Source: Candidatus Freyarchaeum deiterrae
GTDB taxonomy: Archaea > Asgardarchaeota > Jordiarchaeia > Jordiarchaeales > Jordiarchaeaceae
Length of the DNA stretch: 64,000 nucleotides
Reading direction: 5' to 3'
NCBI GenBank assembly: GCA_037305845.1
Contig: CP147778.1
Coordinates: 2,560,001 to 2,624,000, forward strand
Position numbers and translations under genes: made by a program. Numbering within the stretch: the stretch's first letter is position 1; each line of letters opens with the position of its first letter. The notes under the pieces were generated by a model. It was not told the DNA's origin. It made no database searches and saw only the letters and a list, made by a program, of their open reading frames with translations. Positions 31,990 through 41,198 of the stretch are shown one piece after another.

Positions 31990-33822
31990 TTAGTTCCCTG
32001 GATAGTCGAGTTTAGATTTTTTTATAGAAGTATCCTTCGAAAGAGAGTTTATAGAATTCAATGTGATGACTTCATTTTTATCATGAAATACCAAAGTTTC
32101 TTCGATAAATGGAAGTTTTTTCAATTCGAGTCTAGCGTTGGTTAATAATCTGGGTTTCTGGTGGAATAGACAGACCTTTTTCGGTTTCAAAGCTCTTAAC
32201 ATCTTTTCTATTTGTAGAAAATCAGCATGTAGATTTATTATCTCTGAGGGATTTTCAAAGTTAAAAATCTCTGCATTAATTTTGTAATTACACCCTTCAA
32301 CTATAATATTTTTGTTGCCTGAAGCCAATTCTATTGCATTCCTTGTTCGTAAAGCACCTGAAAGATAAATCAAATTGTATTTTTCTATCCCGAGTTCAAG
32401 TAGTATCGTTTGGATCGCTTTTCCAGTTAAATCTGGTGGATCAAAAATTATTATACTTCTCTTGGTTTGAATTGCCTTTTCAATATCTGACCATCCTAAC
32501 ACCCACCTGATTAATGCACTAGAAAAAGGATTAAGTCCTTTATTTATATCCTCTTTTATCACAGGATGAAGATCCTCCTTTCTCGTTTGTATAATTTTGA
32601 TGAATTCCAAAATCTTACGGTTTAAAAAGATCGTCGGTCGTTTTTGAAAATCTTTCTTTGTTTGCAAAGATCTGAAATAGTGGAAAATTTTCAAATAAAG
32701 AACTATTGCAACACTAGCAGGATCAGCCACAATTAAAACTTGATTATTGTAGATAGCTTTCTTTTTAAGAACAACTTTCAGTTTATTGATAATATATTGT
32801 GGAGCTAAATATTTTAGGTGTGCGGAAGATCCATCTAAAAGAATGAAATCTGTATGCCTAGGCAAATCACGAATAATTTGCTTAACTCCTGTAATTGGAA
32901 AATAAGTATAATAAGAAAAATCTCCAGTATATAAGAATCTAAAATTATTAAACTCCACAAAAAACATTAAAGAACCAGGCATATGACCAGCATGAAAGAA
33001 TTGGATGAAACCATTTTTGAAAGAAATTTTCTCTTTATTTTCTACGGTAATAACATTTTTAACGACACGAATAATATTCTGGGGTAACTGAATTTTGTCA
33101 TTATTAAAAAAACCAGAAACTGTAGAATTAAAGACAAAAATATCTGAAGTAGTTTTAGAACAAATTACAGGCGTATCTGGATATTTCTCTATAAGAGATA
33201 CTAAACCGCAGCAATGATCATAATGAGCATGGCTTAAGAAAATTAGATCAAGCGATGGGAGTTTATTCTTTAAATTCTCAATATCTTTATGAGATAAACC
33301 GGCGTCGAGAAGAATAGCCTTTTCACCTATCTTCAGGAGAAAACAATTCATGCCTGGTTTCAAACAAATACTTTCTAATTTTAATTCAGCCTTATCCTTA
33401 AAATCCCACTTAGTAAAATCGAAATTAAGTCTTGGAATCCGATCTACATAATCTGAAATAATACTTCTGGGTAAAACAATCCCAGTTAAATAAAAATACC
33501 ATCCAGTATTTTGTGTTAGATAATTTAATTTTTTAAAAGTACTTTTTGAATCTTCCATTCGTAAAACGATAATATCTATTTCGTCGCAACGGATAATTTC
33601 ATCTATTCCCTCTTTATCCCATGACGGTATTTCCTGATCCTCGTAAAAAAACCAATTTATTGCTTCTTCAAAAGATTTCTTCTTTATCTGATTCTTTTCC
33701 AACGCTTTCATCGTCTTAAAATATAGACGCGTTTTATATTGTTGGGGTGAATCTGTAGTAGAAATTGGAATTCTTTTACCCTTAAAGATAAATTCGTTTT
33801 CTTTCATGTGGCAAATCCCCAC
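31990..33822 (-). CDS. beta-CASP metallo-beta-lactamase nuclease with N-terminal extension
   Basis: LLDAG, SHAHYDHC, HAGHMPGS, YTGDF, LHAD, LFH; AT-rich. Confidence 0.85.
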   Translation of the reverse strand: MGICHMKENEFIFKGKRIPISTTDSPQQYKTRLYFKTMKALEKNQIKKKSFEEAINWFFYEDQEIPSWDKEGIDEIIRCDEIDIIVLRMEDSKSTFKKLNYLTQNTGWYFYLTGIVLPRSIISDYVDRIPRLNFDFTKWDFKDKAELKLESICLKPGMNCFLLKIGEKAILLDAGLSHKDIENLKNKLPSLDLIFLSHAHYDHCCGLVSLIEKYPDTPVICSKTTSDIFVFNSTVSGFFNNDKIQLPQNIIRVVKNVITVENKEKISFKNGFIQFFHAGHMPGSLMFFVEFNNFRFLYTGDFSYYTYFPITGVKQIIRDLPRHTDFILLDGSSAHLKYLAPQYIINKLKVVLKKKAIYNNQVLIVADPASVAIVLYLKIFHYFRSLQTKKDFQKRPTIFLNRKILEFIKIIQTRKEDLHPVIKEDINKGLNPFSSALIRWVLGWSDIEKAIQTKRSIIIFDPPDLTGKAIQTILLELGIEKYNLIYLSGALRTRNAIELASGNKNIIVEGCNYKINAEIFNFENPSEIINLHADFLQIEKMLRALKPKKVCLFHQKPRLLTNARLELKKLPFIEETLVFHDKNEVITLNSINSLSKDTSIKKSKLDYPGN

Positions 33823-34187
33823 TCTTAGAACCTTAGAATTTTAGATAAGGTACAAAATCGCTTTCTTAAGTGAATAAAATATTAACCAACATTTATTTTT
33901 TTTCATTAAACTTTATTAGTGAATAACGGTTCCTCAGATAAGTAGATTCAGTTCTAACTACAGCCTCTTCATTTTTTTGGATTCTCTTTATCGCAATACC
34001 AAACAAGATATGTTTTCAAGCTCACACGCTATCTTCCTATATCTTATCCAAGAATTATGAGCAAACTTGTCATCATCAATGCTCAGAAACATTTTTCAAG
34101 GTACAAGTTTTCTGCTAAAATCCTCGACTCTTTCTGGTTTCTAATACTCTACAAGGTAACAAATCTTCAGTATCAAGCTAAAAAATG

Positions 34188-34898
34188 TTAGAAATCCTGA
34201 TTTTGCTTAAATTTCATGAAGTTGCATTCATCTAGCATTTTGAGGGGACTTTCTCTGAATGAGAACGCTTCAACAAAGCTTTTATCAATAAAGTTTGAGT
34301 GTTGTTTCCAGAGCTTTTCCGCGGTAGTTTTGCTAAGGACTTCTTTTAGTATTCCTTGTGACTGTTGTAAAAAGTGGATATAACATTCTTCTTTAGGATG
34401 AGTCTTATCAGAGTGGAATTTATGGTAGGCGTCTCTTATGCTTGCATCCCACATCATGAAAATATCAGGTTTAATTATATGTAACGCTTTCGATCCCCCT
34501 GTATACTCAATCGATTGCTTTGATGAGAATATTGAAAATATTTGCTTAATAATCTTAAAGTCTGCGTAATTCAATTCCAACAGATTTTTTCCTTCCAACT
34601 TATTCAAATCTGAGTAACATACATCAAGTGAGGATGTTATATCATTTTCCAAATTATTTCTTTTGGATGTAGGAATCCATCGTAATCGAATTGCATTCCA
34701 TGATGCAATAATCGTTTTGATACCTGCAAACATATGATTTTTATCATTTGGCTTTAAAGCAACAATATCTCTAGAAATCACATACTCCATATCTCGCTCA
34801 TTCATCTCATGATATTTTTTACATCCATTAATGACAGTTAAAGGCTCTTTTAATCTGTTAAGAAAATTTGCCACATCTATCTTCTTCATGAAAACCAA
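34188..34898 (-). CDS. hypothetical protein (possible HhH/glycosylase-like helical fold)
   Basis: TGGSKALHIIKPDIFMMWDASI and K.LDE motifs. Confidence 0.55.
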   Translation of the reverse strand: MVFMKKIDVANFLNRLKEPLTVINGCKKYHEMNERDMEYVISRDIVALKPNDKNHMFAGIKTIIASWNAIRLRWIPTSKRNNLENDITSSLDVCYSDLNKLEGKNLLELNYADFKIIKQIFSIFSSKQSIEYTGGSKALHIIKPDIFMMWDASIRDAYHKFHSDKTHPKEECYIHFLQQSQGILKEVLSKTTAEKLWKQHSNFIDKSFVEAFSFRESPLKMLDECNFMKFKQNQDF

Positions 34899-35096
34899 CC
34901 TCCATAAATTTGATATATGGTAGAGCGTAGAAAATTACTTAGAATTGCAATAGACAAATATACTATCCGTCTTTTTCCCACCTCACGGAATCAAACGGTT
35001 ATATTAAATTTACAATGTATAAATTTATATACTTTTTTAAAATAAAGATATATATTGCGTGATAATTTTTAACCTATAATAGCGAGGTGGAGTAAA

Positions 35097-36203
35097 TTGT
35101 GTGACCTTTTAGCAATGAATTTCAACAAGTCTGTCACTGCAACTTTCTCTCTTAAGGGATTCAAATCTCGAGGAACATTAAATCCAGATGGTTGGGGAAT
35201 TGCTTGGTACCCTGACAAGTCTGTTCAAGTAATTAAAGAGCCGGTGAAGGCGACACAGAGTAATTTGTTCTCTGATGTGCTTAAAGACATGAAGATGGAA
35301 TCTGAAATTTTTATTGGGCATGTACGGCGTGGTTCTGTGGGTGAACCCGCCTATAGGAACACTCATCCTTTCTGGCGTGAACTAAACGGTAAAGCGTACG
35401 TCTTCGCGCATAATGGAAGCCGTAAAAATGATTGGGAGAATAGTTCCCAGCTTGGAAAATTTAAACCCCCTAGAGATACCGACTCCAAGCGTATATTTAA
35501 AGCCCTTGGTGATACTGACTCCGAGAGTATATTCTGCTATATACTCAATTGCATCGAGGAGCAACGTATAGGCAACTGGACCGAAGACTCTTTTAGTTGG
35601 CTTTTAGAAAAATTCACGGAGGTAAATAAATACTGTACTTCCAATTTTGCTATGAGTGATGGCGAACACCTCTTTGTGTATCACGATTCAGGAGGCCACA
35701 ATGGTATGGCATTGGTTTTCAGACATCCTCCTTATGCAGATGTGAAACTGAAAGATGATGAGGAAGAAGTATTGTTCGGTGCCACAAAGGATCCAGAGTT
35801 AAGAGGCTTTATTGTGACTACACTCTCAAAAACTAAGTCCCCTAACCCAAAATACCTAACAAATGAAAATTGGGAGCCAATAGAGCCGGGAGAACTAATG
35901 GTGTTCAAAAAGGGTCGCATGGTATATTCGAGTAAAAGACAAACTATACGCGAGTTAAGTAGACTCACCGAACAAGAGCTTAAAGTGTTAAGCGTAATAA
36001 GACACAATCAACACAAAATAAGCATAAATGAAATAACAAACAAGTCAGGTTACTCAGTGAGAGAAGTGGTTGAAGCTTTAAGATCGCTTAGAGAAAAGGA
36101 ATTAATAAAGCATGATACTACAGATACAGTTCAATGGAATCATAGTAATGCAAACTATTTCACCCAACCATCAAAAAGAAATGAAATATACTGGTTTCTA
36201 TGA
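35097..36203 (+). CDS. class II glutamine amidotransferase (YafJ/EgtC-like) fused to C-terminal wHTH
   Basis: Cys2 N-terminus, NPDGWG, GHVR, NTHPF, FAHNG, GDTDSE; tail ISINEITNKSGYSVREVVEALRSLREKELI. Confidence 0.85.
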   Translation: MCDLLAMNFNKSVTATFSLKGFKSRGTLNPDGWGIAWYPDKSVQVIKEPVKATQSNLFSDVLKDMKMESEIFIGHVRRGSVGEPAYRNTHPFWRELNGKAYVFAHNGSRKNDWENSSQLGKFKPPRDTDSKRIFKALGDTDSESIFCYILNCIEEQRIGNWTEDSFSWLLEKFTEVNKYCTSNFAMSDGEHLFVYHDSGGHNGMALVFRHPPYADVKLKDDEEEVLFGATKDPELRGFIVTTLSKTKSPNPKYLTNENWEPIEPGELMVFKKGRMVYSSKRQTIRELSRLTEQELKVLSVIRHNQHKISINEITNKSGYSVREVVEALRSLREKELIKHDTTDTVQWNHSNANYFTQPSKRNEIYWFL

Positions 36204-36216
36204 TTACCGATTTGCC

Positions 36217-36513
36217 CTACCGGTGTCTTTCTACCTGCGTGATTGAAGGATTGATGCAGATATTCAAAACTCTTCCCTTACGTTGTTTAGAATAAATTAG
36301 TGCTTTATCCTCAAAGATTAGGGAATCAACTTCTTCGGATTTCAGTGGTTTTATTTTAAATATTGCCCCCTGTTTTTCTTCTTTAACAAGCTCGTATCCT
36401 TCTTCTTTTAGTTCATCAATTGTATCTTTAAAAATAAATCTAAGGAGGTTAGTGTTCACTCTTTCATGAAGAAATCCTTCGTATAGTTCACAAATAATTT
36501 TATTATTTTTCAC
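36217..36513 (-). CDS. hypothetical protein
   Basis: 98-aa ORF. Confidence 0.45.
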   Translation of the reverse strand: MKNNKIICELYEGFLHERVNTNLLRFIFKDTIDELKEEGYELVKEEKQGAIFKIKPLKSEEVDSLIFEDKALIYSKQRKGRVLNICINPSITQVERHR

Positions 36514-36692
36514 AAAGCAAAAAAAGTGTTAAGCTAGGAATCAGCTCTCCCTAGCCGTAACATTTTAAACAACTTCTTCCAAACCCTTGGCTAAACACTT
36601 TACTTCTTACTCTTTCTTCACGAATGTTTAACCGTCTCTACGAAGATTCTTCTCGTATTTGAGAACTTAACCTCAATTCAACCTCTCAACTA

Positions 36693-37040
36693 TTAGCGCT
36701 CACGTACCATTCTATCGATAACCTCAATAAAATCATACGCTTTCTCATAGTCAAAGTCATTGGGAAGACCAAGCTCTCTCCTCAAGAATCCAGTTCTCCT
36801 AGCAATCGACTTAACTTCATATCCCAAGGGTCTATCGAATGAAACTTTAAAATAATCCCAAGTTGTACCACTTTGGTATGAACCATCCTCAGCCACACAA
36901 AGGGTGACGATGGCCTTAAGGCGCTTCGGCTTACTGAGGTTTCTGCTCAACCAATCGTAAAACTCTCGGAAACTCTCAAAGTTATACTCGCCTTTAACTC
37001 TTTTAGGCCAAAACACTTCCAGATTAATTATGGACATCAC
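36693..37040 (-). CDS. hypothetical protein
   Basis: 115-aa ORF with aggtg RBS-like sequence at its start. Confidence 0.55.
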   Translation of the reverse strand: MMSIINLEVFWPKRVKGEYNFESFREFYDWLSRNLSKPKRLKAIVTLCVAEDGSYQSGTTWDYFKVSFDRPLGYEVKSIARRTGFLRRELGLPNDFDYEKAYDFIEVIDRMVRER

Positions 37041-37430
37041 CTACCTGAATTTTATGAGTCAAAAAATAACTCAGTTAACTCAAAATTATTCAAGCATTAA
37101 ACATATTTCAAAGCATTATCTATTTAACAAACCATATAAATAAAATATAAAAATAATAGTCATCCGAAAATCGCAGCGTACCAAAAATAAAAAATTATAA
37201 TAGATAAATACCATGTACTCTTGTGAACATAGTATATCACTATAAATCATAATGAAGATTGTATATGTAACAATTACCGATGCTTATTGTTCTTGACTCG
37301 TTTATAATTATCTAACACTATGCTAATAAAGTTATTCAAGTGGCACTTAGCTTGTTTGAAGAAGCTTTTACCTCCCTGCCAGTATAAATTAAACATCAAG
37401 ATAAAAGTTAAATATGTAATGAACTAATAG

Positions 37431-38372
37431 ATGCGAGAAGGATATTATAAACGTGTAGTGGAGTTGGGAGAGTTGAAGGGTATACTCATCAATATTCTGA
37501 GTTTTAATCATCCTCATGCTGCTTCTTTGTTCTCTGAGGGACTCTGGGGTTTTCCAGATAGAAGCGTTAATAGGTCTAGGTGGGCTCACATTGAAATTGA
37601 TGACCCTGTTTTAATTTTTGGCGAACTTGAAGGTAAGCGTGGAGTTTGGTTTTCGGGAGAGATAATTGAAAAGTTTGAAGACCATAAACCAGTTAAGTAT
37701 TGGATTCAGAACCCAACCGGCTACCCCTTACAGATCAGAATTAGATTCAAGTTTCCATCAGAGAAATTGTCATCAGATACTTTGAGTAAGGTTAGAACAA
37801 TTGGTAGGGAGGAGTTATCCTCAGTCTTTGACATTAACATCTTCAAGTCTAAGACTGACCGTTGGTCACTACTCGTCTTTGGGGAGGTTAAGGAGAGAGG
37901 AATCACCTACGAATACGAACCATTTAAAGCGCTCCTAGACGAGTTTCGCACGAGGAATAAAGTCATGACTGTCGAGGAAAAGCCGGAACACGACAAGGTC
38001 AAGGAGCTAATCTACCAGATTGGAGTAATCCAGAAAAGAAATCCTGTTATGGAGTATCAAATAGACGGAAGGAGGCTCGATGTTGTTTGGAAGAGAACAT
38101 CCAAGAGTGTCCCATCGGTGGCCTTCGAAGTTCAGTTTGGGGGAAACCTCTTTGAGGTGTTGACAAAATTGAAACACGCATATGACCTCTGGAACACAAT
38201 ACCAGTCCTAATAACAACGGAGCCACAGATAGACGGAGCAAAACAATGGTTAGAAGGATCATTCCACGAATTAAAAGACGTATTCAGAATAATAGAATGG
38301 AATGAGATTAACAAATATTACAAACTTAAACAGGAGACAAAAAACTTGGAGATAAACCTAGGAATACCATAA
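37431..38372 (+). CDS. EVE/PUA-like domain + PD-(D/E)XK nuclease (putative modification-dependent restriction enzyme)
   Basis: GLWGF..W..IEIDD.VLIF...YPLQIRI (EVE-like); HDKVKE...RLDVVW...AFEVQ..G...LTKL. Confidence 0.75.
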   Translation: MREGYYKRVVELGELKGILINILSFNHPHAASLFSEGLWGFPDRSVNRSRWAHIEIDDPVLIFGELEGKRGVWFSGEIIEKFEDHKPVKYWIQNPTGYPLQIRIRFKFPSEKLSSDTLSKVRTIGREELSSVFDINIFKSKTDRWSLLVFGEVKERGITYEYEPFKALLDEFRTRNKVMTVEEKPEHDKVKELIYQIGVIQKRNPVMEYQIDGRRLDVVWKRTSKSVPSVAFEVQFGGNLFEVLTKLKHAYDLWNTIPVLITTEPQIDGAKQWLEGSFHELKDVFRIIEWNEINKYYKLKQETKNLEINLGIP

Positions 38373-38603
38373 AAACGCAAGTTACTGAGCGAAGGGCCAG
38401 GTATCGCTCTGAATTAATCTTACTAATAATATGTCAAACTTTTCTTTTATTACTCATAGATTGCGAACACTTCCAAAAACGAGAATTTTTATATATTTCT
38501 ATAAGAAACTGATATTACACCAACAAAAATAGAGTGGAAAAAGAGGATTAATTAATATATGTAAATTTTAAATAGGATTATATAAGTCTCAAGAGGCGAG
38601 AAT

Positions 38604-39929
38604 ATGGTTACGGAGACAGTGACTTATCCCAAAATATTTTCCGGGAAAATGGCACTTGCAACAAGTATCTATGTGTTCGTAATGCTGGCCGGATTCAATA
38701 TACTGGTTTGCTATAGTTTAAGCTTGCAAATCTTCCCCAGCCAATTTAATCCCTCAATAATCACATTTTCTCTGCTGCTTACATCAGCCTGTGTATCTGC
38801 GGTCTGCATAGGGATTATACCGACGAATTCTAGAGTATATAGATCACTGGGTCTTCCAAAGGATGTAAAAAATGATGCTATGAAAATCAGTATAGGTTGG
38901 GCTCTGGCGATACCATCTGCGTTGCTTGCCGTAATCCCTACTCTAGCAGCGGTAACACTCTTGTACTTGATGCAGTATATAGGCATCTTTCCCGCCGTTT
39001 ACCTCACCGTTCTCACAGCCCCTGCTGCCTTATTTGTAATGTGGGTATTCATAAACAGCCTTCAGATAAGACCCGGGGCAATGATATACCTGTCACCAAA
39101 AATTATGGGGGTCTTGCCAGTAGCACTCGCAGCTTGTGTCGCTATATTACTATACGCAGTGTATATCATAATCGCCGGATGGCAGAACTCATTATCCTTT
39201 CTAAAATTTTACTTTCCGTTCACATGGCTCACGTTCGTAGAAATCGTACCAGTAATAAATGTACCAGACGCATGGCCGCTAGTATTATATTCTGGCATTA
39301 TAATACTTATATACGGCGTTGCAGGAGTGGTAGCTTACCTAGCACTCGCAAGGGAAATGATTAACCCACCATCATTAACAAGCGGGCAAATAATTGTAAT
39401 GGAAGCCGGAAAGCCTTTAGAATGGAAATGGAACGAGATTAAAGACACTTTTTCAGAACTAAAGGGAGACATATGGGCCAGCTTTCCCTACCTCAACGAA
39501 GAATCCGTAGAGATGTTCAGAAGACTTCCAACGGAAGGAAAAATAAGGGTTATCACAGGAGTAATAAGAAATAGAGAAGAATTTCTAGAAGGAATCGATA
39601 ATTTAAACAAAGAAGGATGGAAAATAGGCATACGCAAAATCTACATAACAAACGATAGAAACGAAGAAAGCCCAGTATTCCATGACCGCTTCGTCATAGC
39701 GGAAAATATGCTACTTTTCCTAGGAACAGACATTATGAAAGGGTCCATGGTCAGAGAATTCTTCACAACAAAAATACCATCAACACTCATCGAGGAGAGC
39801 AACAAAATCAGAGGACTACTGCGCCACTACTGGGAAATAAAAGAAAATGATCTTAAAAAAATATACGGAGAAACAGCAAAAAAAGTAATCATAACCAAAT
39901 TTAAGGAAGCAGACCAAAAAGAAAAATAA
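38604..39929 (+). CDS. multi-TM membrane protein with C-terminal PLD-like (HDRF) domain
   Basis: ~6 hydrophobic segments, then WASFPYL...IRVIT...FHDRFVI...LGT. Confidence 0.7.
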   Translation: MVTETVTYPKIFSGKMALATSIYVFVMLAGFNILVCYSLSLQIFPSQFNPSIITFSLLLTSACVSAVCIGIIPTNSRVYRSLGLPKDVKNDAMKISIGWALAIPSALLAVIPTLAAVTLLYLMQYIGIFPAVYLTVLTAPAALFVMWVFINSLQIRPGAMIYLSPKIMGVLPVALAACVAILLYAVYIIIAGWQNSLSFLKFYFPFTWLTFVEIVPVINVPDAWPLVLYSGIIILIYGVAGVVAYLALAREMINPPSLTSGQIIVMEAGKPLEWKWNEIKDTFSELKGDIWASFPYLNEESVEMFRRLPTEGKIRVITGVIRNREEFLEGIDNLNKEGWKIGIRKIYITNDRNEESPVFHDRFVIAENMLLFLGTDIMKGSMVREFFTTKIPSTLIEESNKIRGLLRHYWEIKENDLKKIYGETAKKVIITKFKEADQKEK

Positions 39930-40013
39930 ATCTACGTTTGCTAATTTGTGTTTACAAGTATCTAATTAATATTATTTTTTGAGTTTAGCAAAATTTTTCA
40001 TGTACTGATTAAT

Positions 40014-40685
40014 TTAGATATTATTGAGATATTCTGAATATTCTGTGGGATCAGGTATTCTTGCTTCCTTGAATGCTTTTCTTCGGTTTACACATGATTC
40101 ACATTTTCCGCAATGTTTTGGTCCATTAAAATAGCATGACCATGTTAATTGGAAGGGGACACCGAGTTTTGCTCCTAATTTTAGGACTTCCGACTTTGGA
40201 ATATTACTGAAGGGGGCATCTATGTTTATCGCGGTTTCCGTTCCTAATTGTGCCGTTTTTTCAAAGGATTTGTAGAACTCTTTTCTACAGTCTGGATAAA
40301 AAGGAGCATCTGAGCCTTGTGCTCCATAGAAAACTTTTGTTGCGCCAATTGAAACTGCATAAGCAACAGCAACTGAAAGAAAAATAGCGTTTCTAAATGG
40401 AACTATGATAGGTTCGCTGAAAGATGAAGTCATGTCAATACTTTCATCACAAAGAGAGGTTACTCCAACAAATATTTCGTTAAGTGAACTTAGGTCTATC
40501 TCTTTGATTGGAATTCCAAGTTTGTCTGCTATCATTATTGCGTGCTTAGTTTCTTTCGTTGCGATTTGACCATATTTAACAGTTAATGCATATTCATTAT
40601 ATCCTTCTTTTTTTGCCCAATAGGCTAGAGTAGATGAGTCAGGTCCTCCGCTTAGCACTACAACGCATTTGTTGGCATCGCTCAT
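40014..40685 (-). CDS. queC: 7-cyano-7-deazaguanine synthase
   Basis: VVVLSGGPDS, VPFRN, YPDCR, TWSCY...HCGKCESC..R. Confidence 0.95.
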   Translation of the reverse strand: MSDANKCVVVLSGGPDSSTLAYWAKKEGYNEYALTVKYGQIATKETKHAIMIADKLGIPIKEIDLSSLNEIFVGVTSLCDESIDMTSSFSEPIIVPFRNAIFLSVAVAYAVSIGATKVFYGAQGSDAPFYPDCRKEFYKSFEKTAQLGTETAINIDAPFSNIPKSEVLKLGAKLGVPFQLTWSCYFNGPKHCGKCESCVNRRKAFKEARIPDPTEYSEYLNNI

Positions 40686-40700
40686 TTTTATGACCTCTTG

Positions 40701-41123
40701 TTATATCGACCCTAGAACCTCAATCACTTCCTCTACTGATTTGTAGATGCCCCTCATCGGGACTTCTATAATTAAATTTATATCTTCTATCTTTGAAAAG
40801 GTTCGGTAGTCGGTCTTCAGTCCAATAATGGGTTTACCCAGAGCCGCTGCGTATCCGATTTCAAAGGCAACACCAGACTCGACATCTATTCCATCCAGCA
40901 CTGCAACTACTACATCACTCTTCTTAAGTGCTGTGGTGTCTGTTTTATAAATGGTGGTTTTCTCCTCCTTTGTTCCCTCGTTTATGAATAATGTCTCCTG
41001 AGCCATCCAGACCTTAAAGCCGGCGTCTCGGAGCCTTTTGACGATTTTCTCATTGAATGCTCGTTCGCTTTCACTGAACAAAGGTGAAGCTAAGAAAATC
41101 TGCATCCAAAATTCTCCTTTCAT
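40701..41123 (-). CDS. nucleoside 2-deoxyribosyltransferase family (DNPH1/NDT-like)
   Basis: IFLASPLFS..E, D...LKKSDVVVAVLDG..VESGVAFEIGYA.ALGKPI. Confidence 0.88.
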   Translation of the reverse strand: MKGEFWMQIFLASPLFSESERAFNEKIVKRLRDAGFKVWMAQETLFINEGTKEEKTTIYKTDTTALKKSDVVVAVLDGIDVESGVAFEIGYAAALGKPIIGLKTDYRTFSKIEDINLIIEVPMRGIYKSVEEVIEVLGSI

Positions 41124-41198
41124 TTATTTAGTGAAAGAGGCAAATAGGCGAGCTAGTTGTTTTTGTATTTTCTTAACAGTCTATGCTGAAATTGAATG

